DNA of 62,415 nucleotides, the filler included, from Sphacelaria rigidula (taxonomy: Eukaryota), in NCBI GenBank assembly GCA_964200075.2. It is 8 parts of 8 records of this genome, joined end to end, with 100 filler letters (N's around TTAATTAATTAA, not from the genome) between each part and the next. Parts side by side here need not be neighbours in the genome. Positions count along the whole stretch, not along the records: positions 7,816 to 15,530 come from CAXNAA020013696.1; positions 15,631 to 23,345 come from CAXNAA020013697.1; positions 23,446 to 31,160 come from CAXNAA020013698.1; 5 more parts are not named here. One strand, 5' to 3'. How positions within the stretch are numbered: position 1 is the first letter of the stretch; every line of letters starts with the position of its first letter. The position numbers were made by a program, and so were the translations under genes. Shown here piece by piece: positions 12,527 through 25,682 of this stretch. The notes beneath the pieces are model-generated. The model was not told where the DNA came from. It did not search any database and saw only the letters and a list, made by a program, of their open reading frames with translations.

Positions 12527-12864
12527 CTCGGCGGAAGGAGGAAACCCAACCCAACACTTACCCCGCAAGCGAGTTTCGCAAGCGAGTTCGTGTGCCGATT
12601 AGCCGAAGGCTCAGCTAGACCACCTCGCGGCAGTTAAGTGAGGGATGCTCCCACTATAAATCCCTCTCAACTTGGCGCAGTACACGCGCCGCCCCACTCT
12701 AAGGAGCTCCGGCCCTAGACGTGTGGGGATTGCTTCCGCTACTGTCGCCTCTATGAGGCGCTTTGTGCAGTCTGAAACCAACGATCATGCGCTGTACGGC
12801 CACTTTCTTCGTGACAGGTTTGGGGCTTTTTTTTTGGGGGGGGGGGGGGTATCTCAGCATCACT
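12358..12864. mobile_element. ~250-bp MITE (TIR GTGATGCCG..ATAGCCCCC / GGGGGTAT...GCATCAC) interrupted by a nested insertion; uninterrupted copies at 48347-48593 and ~60772-61009
   Basis: All three copies share the internal motifs GAGGAGGCAAA, GAGCAC...GAGCAGCTGGGAA.TC.CACG and CGTGACAG.TTTGGGG. Removing the 252-bp insert restores the length of the empty copies. Confidence 0.8.
12474..12718 (-). mobile_element. Short retroposed element with an (AC)n 3' tail, flanked by an ACGTGTG target-site duplication
   Basis: ACGTGTG occurs at 12467-12473 and 12719-12725. (GT)n at 12469-12522 is the tail on the minus strand. The segment is absent from the other MITE copies. Confidence 0.65.
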
Positions 12865-13069
12865 CAAGGGGTACAATGGGTAGAAGAGTAGTGAAACAGA
12901 CCAGGATCTAAATGATAGTCTCGTGGGAAAAGGAGTCCATGGAGTAACAGACGGCAGAGCTTACGCGAAGAGCTCATGAGTCATGCACTGCGGTTAACGT
13001 TGTTGGAGTTTCAAACAAAACGGTCGCGAAAACGGTCCCGCACTGAAAAATGCCAAGTCGCACCACCCT

Positions 13070-13520
13070 GAGGTCGCCGCTCCTTGTGGCAAACAAAAAA
13101 AGGCCACGTAAAAGTGCCTTTTCGGTCCTTCTTCGTTATACGCGATAGCAGAGAGGTAGGCGGAGTTTGACAAGTTGGAATGACTTGCTCTACTCGTTGA
13201 ATCGATTTCAGGATATGTTCGCATTTCCCGGTGGCCGCAGTTTTTATTCTGGCCGAAGAAGCATTTTCGTCCGGAGACTGTCAAGTCCAGAGAAAAACGG
13301 CAGTTTTTTTCTAGATTCGACCTTTCTTGACCGTTCTCGTACAAAAATACTTGTTCGGCCAAGGTAATAGCTGCGGCCACCGGAAAACGCGGAGATGTCC
13401 TGGAACCGTCTCCACGAGTAAAGCGATTTATTCGGAGGTGTCAAACGACGAAGAAGAATCAAGGAAGCATTTTTACAGGACTTTTTTTTTGTTTGCCATA
13501 ATGAGAGGCGGCCTGAAATT
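13070..13520. mobile_element. Fold-back/MITE palindrome, same family as 7260-7715
   Basis: Outer arms TGGCAAACAAAAAAA / TTTTTTTGTTTGCCA and inner arms CCGGTGGCCGCAG / CTGCGGCCACCGG. Confidence 0.75.
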
Positions 13521-15469
13521 CGCAAATCGTAAAATTTATTTTCCCTACGAGTACAGCGAAGATAAGTGAAGCGGGTCCCAGAATGTGTCCAGTCTGTTTG
13601 ACGACACCATACCGAGCAGAGAAAACTTATCATGTTTGTCCTCTCTTCCTGGGATGCTCCACCTGCATACAGTCGAAGTCATACTCCGCCCTTTTCATGG
13701 ATGAGTCGTGCGTCCAGGCAACGCCCTCCCTGTTTAGACTCCACCAGTGTTGCGCCAACAATAAAAAATGGCAGATATGTGCCGATTTCCGCATACAAGA
13801 ATTATTGTATAAATTATCAGCTGGATCATACGCAAAGTAAATGTAGTTCACACGAGCGAGGTGCCCCAGAGGGACGACCTACGGCCCAACACACGGCATA
13901 TCTGGAAAGCTATGTTCTAGGCTGGATCGTCGGCACACGTTGCAGGCTAGGAACGTGATTATACCCCGCGTTCGGTGGTGTGCATGGTGTTTGCTCGGTA
14001 CGGGTGCCTTGCGGGCCCCATGTACGATGATAGGTGGCGACCACGCTTCGCGTTCCAGCGCATCACCACGACTAGGGTGTAGTATATGAAGGGTGTGATT
14101 CGCCTGAAAAAGAATCATCTCAATTGGTTTTGAAGCAAAGGAGAACGGCACGATTGTCTGCATCCATGTCTTGCGGCGCAGCTGATGGCTTTGAAATTTG
14201 AAAACTCCGTCATGACCACAACATAAAGTGCAGTATAATACGCTGATGTAATGTACGTTTTACAGACAGTACCCGTACCATAAATCTACGTCACCGCATC
14301 TGATATGCGGCGTAATCAGGGCGCAACCGCATCTCATGTTTATTTGAGTACTTTCCTACGGTAAACCACCATTTTTCAGTGCAACTTGAGTTGTGGATTT
14401 CTCGCCTGTGACTGCTTCCTTCATCATGAAACTTTGCATACTAGTTGGCCACAACACAGGCAGCATATGCCCACAGCATCCGCGCGATTGGGATGGAGAC
14501 TTCCGTACAACATGGCCCCAACCGATTTGGGGGAATGCCGTCCATGCGCCATCAAACCGGCCATGCAGCAGCCCAGACTTTGCGCACTACAGACGAATGC
14601 ATATTTGCACGCGTAGATGCACAAACTTGGACATTTAGCGAGGTTGGGCGGCCGATGTGGTGGAAAACTGACAACGGTCTGTACTGTGACCCTCTCTGGA
14701 TAATGACCATCTGTAGTGTACCGATCGGCATACAGTCCGTAGAGCTGCGTAATTCATGACGCACGACCCTACGCGCGCTGTAGCCGCTGCGAGGCGCTGA
14801 AACTTTGATCATATGTTGTGTGAACCACGGTCAACAGTTCCACGTCGCTGTATCTGGTACTGTTATGGTCGCACCTGACCCCCAAAAATGGGCGAAAAAA
14901 GTGTCGACGACCGGAATTACGAACAGACACGAACAGTCCGACTTCTGGGGCATGGTCAGGCTCGTGGGATAGGGCGCCTTACGCCGTCGGAAGAGAACGG
15001 CATGGATTCAAAGTTTATATCAAGAAAAGTGGACTGCATCCTAAAATCGGAACCCTACAGTTATTTCCGTTGTTGTTCCTCTTATATTACATGCCACCGC
15101 GTCACTTTTCGTCCGCGCATGCTATACACTGGAATGCAAGGAGGCTAGTTGGGTTGATGGCCAACCCGACGCACACCGAGAAACCTCGGGCAAGGGGGTA
15201 CATACATTACCTGAACAAAGTGCGGCCTTGGTAGGCCCCAAATCGGCGCCTGTGGCGCCAATTTCAACTAAAACGCGTTCTGCGCACCCAAGGAGCACAC
15301 GGGACTGTCAGCCCTACTAAAATTCCGAATCTCGTTGTACACCCCCAAATCAAGTATTATTTACATATTTGTAGCCCAACGCCAGCAACTGAAACCAGGA
15401 GACTGAGCCATTTTGGGGGGGATGCGGATCGAATTTGGCCCACCGTAATGTGCTCAACATGCGAAGGAG

Positions 15470-15471
<2 letters not shown>

Positions 15472-15530
<59 letters not shown>
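15472..15530. repeat. (ATT)n microsatellite at the contig end
   Basis: Read directly from the sequence. Confidence 0.95.
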
Positions 15531-15630
15531 NNNNNNNNNNNNNNNNNNNNNNNNNNNNNNNNNNNNNNNNNNNNTTAATTAATTAANNNNNNNNNNNNNN
15601 NNNNNNNNNNNNNNNNNNNNNNNNNNNNNN

Positions 15631-15703
15631 CGCTCCGAGGTTTGAACCCACGACCCAACCGTCAGAGAGTTTCGAGGTTACCAACTAAGCCACCGGGGCG
15701 ACG
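15631..15703 (-). mobile_element. 5' tRNA-like head of the SINE family, truncated by the contig start
   Basis: The reverse complement reads GTCGCCCCGGTGGCTTAGTTGGTAACCTCGAAAC...GTCGTGGGTTCAAACC, matching 30691-30755. Confidence 0.8.
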
Positions 15704-17231
15704 GGCTTTCTACAAGTATGAACACCTTAACGCGGCGCAATTACCGCCCCCTCATTTTGCATACCAGCTGCGATTCCATGTGCTTTTTCACCGCATCTTA
15801 CATGTTCTACCACCCCCCACTCAGACGTCAATATCTCGATACAAACAGCAGTTGCAGGCATGAACCAAGCTGCAATGTGTAGCTAAGACGCATATCTACC
15901 AGTCCTCCACGTTCTAGCTGCGCAGACCCCTGCCGCAGATGAGGAATCTCGAGGCCAAGTGAAGGTAATCTCCTGCGAATTTTGCACTATTTCGAGAATG
16001 GATTGGTGCAATTGTGATGTTGAACGACGACTAGTAGCAAGATTTACCCACCTGTTGAGTTTCAGCTTGCTTTCACACGTGCAGCGCGAGTAACCTTCGA
16101 TCGCGTGTCGGTCGGGTATGTTGGAAAATGACTTTTTGGCTCATACAGATTTTGGCCTCTGTTTCGGAGGGTTATCCATCGCTTATTTGTGTGCTGTACT
16201 GGGCGGAATTGAACCAGACTTCGATATGAGTGTAGTTTCAAATACATTATACAGCTGTGCATCACCATCGTTGTCAATTTATTGCCCTGAAAACTTATTT
16301 CACTCCACCGAGTGTCATATTGGGGGTGGTGGTGAACAACGTGACAGTTTCCCCCGCGCGTAACACTGAGTGACTTTGTACTGAACTGTACTGTCCTGTT
16401 GGGCAGCGTGTGTGTAGTATAGGATGGATTGTTGAAACATCTAAGACTGAACCTTTGACAAACGTAACTCCTATCAAAGTTTTCAACGACAAGAAAACAT
16501 TACTGTCTGTGGGTGATTGATCTGTAGCGTCTTCATCAGTACCACTTCGATGAAGTACAGTGGCGAGCTTACCCCTCTCTTGTGCTGCACAAGACTGACT
16601 CGATCTACTGCCCAGTATCGAGGGCAAAACGGCCAACCAACACCTTTGCTTTTCTTCCCACGTTCGTCGCCATCCTCGCCGATGAAGTCACCATTGCTGC
16701 ACAGGCGTCAATTCCTCTCGCCTTTCCAGCCCTGCACTCTCGCACGGTGTGTCACGACAATCGAACGCGGGCAATGTTACGTTACAGCAACATCTGGTTT
16801 AACACCCAGCATCTGCGATCTTTCCACCGTGGGTCTGAAATATGCTGAGTAAATGTACTACTCAAAATAACACAAATCTTCCATGCGTCGTCCGCGTGCA
16901 AACGTTGTCTGCGGCCTCCTGCAATGGATTGATGGGCCAATGAAGGGAGGTGTCAGCTACTACTTACCCTTCTTCGCAATCATTACCCTTGAATCTGTAG
17001 CTGATCTGCTGGAACAACGAGATAAATCGCCTTTTCTCCAAATCCCCAAACGGCCGAAGGATTTTTCTTCGGCTCAAGGATCGTCCCGATTTTTGCCCTG
17101 AACATTCCTCGGCGGGGTAAAAGTAAGGAGAGTGCCCTTTGTACTCCTTTCTACCTCTGTACTCCTTCTTCCTGTGCTTTGCGCGGGGCGAGCAGTGAAG
17201 AGGCCACGACTCTGGAAGAGGGAAAAGGAGA

Positions 17232-17366
17232 ATGAGGATAAAAGCTTGCATTCCGTATCTCATCATCGTCTGCGCCGTGATGACGGTCTACTCAGCCTTC
17301 CTGCTTCACCTGTCGAAGTCTGTCGGGCACCCTCATTATTATCACGGGACGGCAACAAATCCTTCG
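17232..17366 (+). CDS. Putative first exon encoding a signal anchor or signal peptide (MRIKACIPYLIIVCAVMTVYSAFLLHL...NPS)
   Basis: ATG, short basic N-terminus, ~20-aa hydrophobic stretch, and a consensus donor TCG|GTGAGT after 45 codons. Confidence 0.5.
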
Positions 17367-18330
17367 GTGAGTCAAGCACAACTTTGCCCATGCAGCCGAC
17401 TCTGCTCCACTCACGTTGTTTTGTCGCTGTAGCAGCTTCTTCCGTTTCCCTGCATTTTCTCTTTGCCGTCGTCTACATACCACCAACACGCAGTTAGCGC
17501 ACTGCAACAAGCGATGCCTGCCGAATGTATTCGCCACAACAGTGCACCCGGACGGAGCGGCCAGTTCTTCCCTTTGTATTGGACTTCATGGTTGCTCTGC
17601 TATGTATATCAATATTTTCTACTGTAGCCCAGCACATGTGTCTATCCGTAGCTCTACCGCTCATGTGTCACTTTTTGTTGGTGACAAATACATCTTATAG
17701 CTGCGCTCTTGTACGTGAAATAACGCAGAGAGCACTGCGGGGTTGCACTTCGTACACTTGGGTTTCTCCGCAAATTGCTGATGGTGGATAACACCCCCTA
17801 ACGCTTTTATCTCGAGTTGGCTTGATCTGCTTATCCAGACTACACGTACAAGGCAACACAGTGGTTGTTTAACTCATTAACGATACGTGCTGAAAGCATC
17901 TTCAATTATTGGTAGCCAGTCAACGGTTCGATTTACCCTCCGAAGATATCGCAATTGCACTGCTGCTCAACGTCCCTGAACTGGTATCATAATGTCCAGC
18001 AAATCGAGAGGCTGGACGGTCCCTTGCGTGGTCTGTCGTTCACTGAGACCTTGAGCTGCGGGTTGCAAGTCGGGGCGGACGGTGCTTTGTTCACACACAC
18101 ACTCACACACATCACCCCTTCCATAGCACCCTGAACACCATGAGCGGAATAATTTGCGGATCCGTCTTGAGCTATCTCCACATCGTGGCCCTCTAGGCAA
18201 ACAGAGGAAAAATCCGGAGCCGTCCAGTTCTCAACAGTACCGTTGAAAGCAGTAAAGGGCAACAAATGTACAGACAGTAGTCAGTGCAGGTCAGTACAGG
18301 CTGGGCCGTCCAAGACGCGGACAGGGGTGT

Positions 18331-18985
18331 GAACACGCGATTAGACAGCTTAATTTTGGGTCGTTTTCTATGAAAGTTTGACAAGATGTACAGGACGTAT
18401 GTACGATACGAATACTCCATCTTTTGCCCCCTACATATATATATATATATATACTTCGTGAGTTATTCACGATTTTGTTCCTCCGAAAACTGTTCTAAAA
18501 TGTTTGGTCGCCGATAAATCATGGAGAAGAATAACAAAATGTAGGGGGTAGAAGATGGAGTCTTCGCACATACGTCCTGTACAGTGTGTCAAACTTTCTT
18601 AGAAAACGACCCAAAATTGAGCTGTATAATCACGTGTTCTTGTCAAAGACCGGTTCCTATGTCGATGGAGATGGACCAGCCACGAAAAATTGAAACGCGG
18701 TTATACTGCTCAATTTCAAGTATTTTTCCACGAATTTTTTACACGATATGCATGAGGTATGTTGTAAAGTCCCTATTGTCCCCCCTTGGCTTTTTTTTTC
18801 AATGAGTTGTCGACGCTTTTGTACCAGGAAAAATGTCCCGAAATTTAGATCACCAATAACTCACGTGGAAAAAAAATGAGGGGGAGACGGTAGGGGCTAT
18901 ACACATACCTCATGTACATCGTGTCAAAAAATTATCAAATACGACTTGAAATTGAGCAGTGACATAGCGTTTTTCTGTGGAGAAC
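18331..18985. mobile_element. Two adjacent, related palindromic MITE-like elements (~18331-18640 and ~18680-18985)
   Basis: First element: AATTTTGGGTCGTTTTCTA / TAGAAAACGACCCAAAATT and TGTACAGGACGTATGT / ACATACGTCCTGTACA. Second element: ACTGCTCAATTTCAAGT / ACTTGAAATTGAGCAGT and CATGAGGTATGT / ACATACCTCATG. Confidence 0.75.
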
Positions 18986-21271
18986 CGGTTCACTTGATTT
19001 TAGAGTACAACAGGCTCAGTCGGAACTTTGATGTTTTCTACAAGCTATGTTCACACACTACTCACCGGTTCGCACACTACTATCAGACGCCTTGGCGCGC
19101 TGGAGGTCTCGTCTGCGTGCCATCTCAGACACTGCGCACCTACAGTACGACAGGCATTGCTGCCCAAGCACAACTAGTGCACCACCATCACTTTGCGGCC
19201 GCGGCACAACCGACTGTAACGGAAGATGCGATTTCAGCCGTTTTTTCCCCTAATTCCACTGGACATGCCACCCTCAACTCTCTACACTTCGCAGCTGACA
19301 ACAGTTTGGTATTTCGTTTGATGGGAACTTGTCAGATCGCAGTGTTACGTGAAGTGAAAGGCGCGAGTTGATTTGTAGATTATCACGATGTGTTATAGTA
19401 GGCACAACTCGCGATAGATCGTCAGTCAGAATCGGCTGAAGGAAAATCCGCTTCTTAGGCGGCCCAGCCTGTATAGTGTGCGTGTTGTCATCCCATCTCT
19501 TCTGGATGCCAGTCTACACCTTCCGGTACGTGTGGGCGCATCAGCCAAGGTCACACAGGCGGGAGGTCAATGCAAGAGTTCTTTTTAGTGTAGGTCGCCA
19601 CGAAATATGAAAACGTTGCCATCACCGCATACAGTTGTTGCAGTAAGGCCGGAAGGAAAGTTCTCGGGAAAAAATGGGAGGTTATAGTGTTTTCACCAAC
19701 CGCAAGCCTCCCTGTGTCTGGAAGCCGAAAGTACTGCAAGTGCTACTCATGCCTGAGTACCTGCCTTTTACTATCACGCGATAGTTGCAGCACGCCTGCT
19801 CGGTCGCCAGCGTTGCAAGATGGCGGTATACCCTTGGTATACCCGTCCTCGGAGCTTTTTTTTTTCCCGCAGGCAATTCTGCCGCATGCTAAATTTCACA
19901 ACGCTTGACATGTATGTTTCTGAAACGGCCACGACGGTAGTGTGAGTGGGCGTAGATTCAAACAGCATATCATGAGCGCGAATAATAGTCAGCCCCCACC
20001 CCCTCCCTTCCCCGCGCCTCCTTCGGGTAGATATGTGTCGTTAAGATACTGAGAGTTCGGAATTTTGTCATCTTTTGAGCATACATACCGCAGCTTTTGA
20101 GTTTTTTTTTACATGCTTGGGCTGCTCATCGTTGCGTGTTTTTGTATTACCCTGTCCTTTCAAGCAAATCAAAAGTAGATCAAAAGGGTGGCATACCACC
20201 TCCAGTGTTGAATATAGCCCCCATCACCCTCCACCGCGCTCTCCTAATCCGTCCACTCGGTCCCGATATCCACCACACCTCGCCGCGGAGACCGTAATGG
20301 GTGGTGACAGGGAGGGGTGGAACGACGAGAGCTTCGGATGGGGACCACGGACTGGAAAACTGCCTCCGCCGCCATGTAGCTGCTCGGTGCATAGCGCAGA
20401 GGGACTGGAGGCGGGGAGTCACGTGGCGATGGGGCTTAGTTTTCCGTATCGATATTTCAAGAGCAACCATTGGTTTCACATCAGCGAGTATTACGTCAGG
20501 TGGGTATCGGGGGGGGGGGGGGGGGGGGGAGGTGGCAAAGGACGCACCTAACCCTCATCATGCAAGGATAGGGCATATGACGTACCCCTTAAAGTTAGTT
20601 CCGTTCATCATGATTTTTTGCATGTATATCTAGCCTTGAAACGGATGTAAGCTCTCAGGCCGTGTATTATCATTTTTTTTCGACTCGAACGAGTTCGTGC
20701 GGCGGAATTAATTTAGTTCGTTTTACTGTGTGTGGGTCCAACCGAATATGCACGCTTTGGATCGAAAAAGCGAAGCGAAATTGCTTTGTTGGGGAATTTT
20801 GAGGGAAAAGGCACATTGAACATTGCTGCTGGACCTTAGCTCAGTTTTTCAGCTGAACTTTTAGAAATGTGGTTCGAAACTTAGCATGGAGAATCGCAAA
20901 GGCATGCTGAATAGAAAGAAAAATGAAAAATGAGCCTTTAGTATTTTTTATTCTGAGAGGGTAGGGTGTTCTCGTGAAAAAATGGTCGTTACAATATTGA
21001 AAAGCCCTAAACAAGTGAAGAAAAAAACTGACGCACTTTTTGGTTCATCATGCCTCAGCGAGATCCCACACAAAATTTCAATACACAAACACCAAACGTG
21101 GGCTAGTAAGTGGCCTGCAAAATACTCTTCCGGATTTCTATCGACCCGGTTACTAAACGACCCACTCTCCCGTCAATTTTTGGAGTTGGCCCCTGAAAGT
21201 TGGTATAAAAAATGAGTAAGGCATACTTGAAAAAAATCATCGACCCAAATATGTTTTTTTCCATGAGTCAG

Positions 21272-21440
21272 AGGCCATTGCGCAACTTTCGAAGGTCGAA
21301 GTTGCTTTACTTTTTGATTTTTTAACCGTTTTTCGGGGGTCCGATTTTTTTCGGGGAAACTTGAATCCCGTCGGACTCCCGAAAAACGGTAAAAGAAGGA
21401 AAAACACAAACCTCGTTCACCCAAAGTTGCGCGATGACCT
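21272..21440. repeat. Imperfect palindrome
   Basis: Inner arms ACCGTTTTTCGGGGGTCCGA / TCGGACTCCCGAAAAACGGT and outer arms GCGCAACTTT / AAAGTTGCGC. Confidence 0.65.
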
Positions 21441-21499
21441 ATAGCACACGTTTGTGCAAAGTTTCAGGGTCTAATTCCTGATAACGGCGTGAAGGTTCC

Positions 21500-21610
21500 A
21501 AGGGTCGGACAAAATAATGATTCGTCTGGAAATTACGTGGTTTTAGTATAATGAGTCGACTCGTGATGAATCAATCCCTAGGCTTTATTTCAGCGTTGCA
21601 ACCAGCCTGT
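21500..21610 (+). repeat. Dispersed repeat; second copy at 29720-29830
   Basis: Both copies read AAGGGTCGGAC..A...ATGATTCGTCTGGAAA.TAC...GAATCAATCC.TAGGCTTTATTT...TTGCAACC. Confidence 0.75.
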
Positions 21611-22188
21611 AGGTGATAAACGTGAACGAGCCTGTAGGTGATCAGGGGTTCTCGTGGAAAAATCAGCGAAAATTGTACGGCAGTGGATCCGATCACGATG
21701 TCGGTGGTGTGTGGGAACGAGCGAGCGAGAAGAGATGGAGATGGAGAGATGTTGGAAAGGGGGGTATACTCATTTGCTGCTCGCCTTAGCCGTTTGATCA
21801 TTGACCACGCATCCCTCTCGAGAGGGGGGCGGGCGGCGGGGGTTATTTCCACCGTGTCAGTTTGACGTTGATTGTCGTCGCCAGGGTAGCACACGACAAG
21901 AGCTTCGCATGGCGCACGGGATGTATGATTTCTTGACGAAGGCATCGATGACAACACTAACCACATATCGTGCGACTCTCGAACGTCGAATGGACAAGGG
22001 GGTCGACCCGATTTTGTCCACCGGGTGCCCGATTTCGCTCTTCATCCAATCAGCGATGTACAATGTAACTCATCCCAACACTGTCACAGCAGTTCCTCTT
22101 TCCCTGTTCCTGTCTGTCGTCTCTCATCTCTTGTCCCCGCCTGTCGTTCCCTTCCCTCCCTCGTATATCCCTCTATTCCCGTGTGCAG

Positions 22189-22461
22189 CCGACATGCCCA
22201 GGTGGCGCCAAGCCTACCGAAACACGCGACCGTTTACATCGTAGCCCCTCACGCGCTGTTCGTGCAGCACCTCATGCCGATGACATTTTTCCTGCTGCTT
22301 TTGGCCTTCACCGACGGCACGGCGCGCACGGCGAGAGTGCTGTCACGGGAGGCACTGATGCGCGAGTTGGCGGGACCTAGGCCCGGAGAACACGCCTGGG
22401 CGTTGGACACAGATGTCGTGGAGTCGTATGTGTATGATAGCTCTTTGCCGCCGTTCAATAG
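22189..22461 (+). CDS. Internal exon of an unknown protein (273 bp, phase 2/2); possibly the same gene as 17232-17366
   Basis: Long pyrimidine tract and TGCAG| acceptor, donor AATAG|GTGAGG, and an open GC-rich frame (RHAQVAPSLPKHATVYIVAPHALFVQHL...YDSSLPPFN). Confidence 0.7.
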
Positions 22462-25400
22462 GTGAGGATTGGGTCACGGGGCGAAGTTGGGGTGGTGGGG
22501 TGGGGGGCGTGCTCATTTGACCATTGAACACGCGTCCATTTCGAGACGGAGTGCCGTTCCTGCTTTTATTGAGACACTTACCTCCAACATTCGGGCGCTC
22601 ACTATGTTCTGCCATGCGTTACATACGAACCTTTCATATAACGTTTCCCTTCCTATTTCGCCGTCTGTGGTCATCATGTATCTCCTAGTACAGCAATACG
22701 TTTTCTCGCTACCATCCAATGTACCAAACGTTTCTGTGGGGCGGAGGGGGGAAGGGGAGGTCCTTTGTCGAACGTCATTATATCAATGCAGATGGATTTG
22801 GCTCTATCATGTGTTTTGAAGACCTGGTTGTAACAGACTGGTTTAATCAGTTTTGTCTGCGAATCGCGGTTGACACAGACACCCGAGGATGTCGTCGATG
22901 GTGAGTACATGCCCACGGTATTTTACTTTGCATTTTTTTTACAAGGGTCGGTCGAACCCTTGCTTTCCTTTCCCTTATTTTACTTAATATCTTCCCCTTT
23001 TTTATAACTTGGGCCGGTAGATGCTCTTTTTCAACATGAGCTCTGTTGGTATCGAAATTAAGGTCGCCCCACGGACCAGGTGTTATTATTCAGAAAGATG
23101 CGACCCGCAATACTTTCGGTTGCGGTTTGGTGTTAGAAAATGGCGCGATGTCAGGTATCTTATCGGGAACAATATTAAGCAGAGATTTTGAGTTGATTTG
23201 AAACATCTTGTGGTGATAATCCTGCTTCATGAGAGAAGTACCCCGCACTTACTCTACAGCGCAGCACACCCAATACAGTTGTTGTTGTTGTTGTTGTTGT
23301 TGTTGTCTTCACATTAAAAGCCGTTCCGATATCTGCGCGGTACATNNNNNNNNNNNNNNNNNNNNNNNNNNNNNNNNNNNNNNNNNNNNTTAATTAATTA
23401 ANNNNNNNNNNNNNNNNNNNNNNNNNNNNNNNNNNNNNNNNNNNNACTATGGCATGCATGATCATGAGTACGCCCCCCCCCCCTCCTCCCCCTGAGGGGA
23501 ACAAAAAAAAAGGGGGTACGTGGGCGTAGGATTTTTCTTTTGTGCATCCTTACTGGATGTTGGCAAAATCATTATTTAGCCGAATGCTTGCCCATCGTTC
23601 TCGACGAACCCCCAGCCGGTTCACAGGTTCGTTTGGCACTTCGATGCCGAGCACGAGTTGCTGGTCCATGACGAGGGGGGTAATGGGTGATGGGCATCGA
23701 GACTGTTCACGCTGATTAGGTGTGTGCCTCAGCTTCCGGAACATACACGGTGTTCCTTGGCTCAAGCCATACAAGTGTTTAGTGCATCCCCGTGCGTGTA
23801 TTTTTGGTTGTCCCATGTTCCCTCGCCGCCACAAGTGATATCCCTTCTTCACGGAAACCCATGTCATCGTGTTGAGTGCGACAGGAACCAGACTTGCCAA
23901 TCAACGCTCGTTCGTTCCGCACACCATAACATGCCGTAAATCCTGTACTGTACACGAGCACAATTAGCACGCGAGCCCACACTGCCTGCTACCTTCTACT
24001 GCTACGACAAAACCGGTGCCTGGCCCGTGTGCAATATATCACATAAAAAAATAAATAAATAATAATCTTCATCACCATCAACAACAACAACAACAACGAA
24101 ATGCAACCTACAGAAAACGTAGATAGTGACATCCTACCAGCGTCACACCTTTGTGCCCGTGTCGGCGTACCCCCAAACATAAAACTTACACACGAAACAC
24201 CAACGAGCATCAACGATGACACCATGGGGACACGGGCGACTGCCGCACGAAAAAAGAATCCTCACGGACCAACCTCTTCCGTCTCAAACAACAAAAACAC
24301 GGTCCGATTGGATTCTCCACGAGACGTAAACAACGTGGTGGAATTCACAAAAAAAATACAAGCTGCCACAAAAAGTGTTTTGTATTATCCATCCAACAGA
24401 GCTGCGATGAAACCTACTCGTACACGTATGAGGCTGGATTGGTTGCTCACCCCAAAAAAGTGGCGACCCACTCCCTCGACCCCGATCCCTAAAACCCAGT
24501 ATGCGGGCCGAACAAGAATTAAATTTCGATGGAAGTCAAGTACTGTAGTGTCAATATCACTCATCAGTACCACTCGTCAACATCTCTCGACATGGAACAA
24601 CGTGAAGATATCCCATTATTGTGAAACTTCACGTCCACACAGCGGGAAAATAACCGACCACGAACAACACGCGCACACCCACTCCCGGGATAATCTTTGG
24701 GGAAAAAAAACACAAGAAGCAAGAAGGAACAAACACTCGGTAGCAGAACGACGCGTTACAATCCCGTGGCACAAGAAGAAAAACAAAGACAGAGCGGAGC
24801 GAGACAAATTTACTCGAGCGATAAACCCACACATAAACAGGGGGGGGGCACCGGAGAATGGCCGCTCCAGTCGATACTTTGAAAACGAACTCATGACGTT
24901 CGCCACCGACTTACAAGCCACGCGCCCCGACCACGTACATCCACGTTACAGCGCTTTGCAAACGCACCCAACCACCCCCGCACGGATGAACGAAATCGAA
25001 ATATGCGCATACTTGAGAACGAACGCAGGAAGAGCTAGCTTCAAGCGCACATATCTCCTAATTGTGCTTTCGATTTTGATTCTAGTATGGAAAACATGAA
25101 CAAAACTTCCTCGAATTAATTTGCAACGTCTGACTGGCCGTCCTTCCGCCACAACCAAATATTTGAAAAAAAAAAATAAGATATGACCCCCCACCCTCCA
25201 CCTCCCACATCTTGCGAAAAAAGAAAAAAGACAAAAAAATATAGAGATTTATGTATATAGTTGCAGCCGACCCAGCCACGACATTTCAGACCGCTCTACG
25301 TCAGCTTTCACCAACAAAGCCGACACGCCATCCAAACGTAGCCTGACATATCATGCAGCGTAATGCATGTGGGCTAATGGAACAACGAAGTACGAGGTAA

Positions 25401-25682
25401 TTACGGCACTATAGTCCTAAAACACAAGGTGGGCAGTCGTAAAAATACGACACATTGGGTGGACCCAACAGGGGTATCAACACAAAACCAAACGGGACCT
25501 CATGACACCCTCTCCCCCTTACTGGAACATAATCCAACACCGCTATACGCAAAACCGGTATCCCAGGTGGGGAAGCAGCTGAACACTCTCAAAATTATCT
25601 TCTCTAGACGCCCAAAGCAAGCGCCTGCGCTTGCAAGAATCGAAGCGGCTGGCCGGGAAAACTCTTTTTCTACCAGTACCGG

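Noticed and set aside
23550..23900. KHLYGLSQG resembling the copia RT motif LYGLKQ
   Set aside because: There is no YVDD or other RT motif at the expected spacing.
24101..25099. 332-aa ORF, the longest in the window
   Set aside because: It has an A/C-rich low-information composition and no domain, and it lies antisense to the presumptive long 3' UTR of the minus-strand gene ending at 25683.
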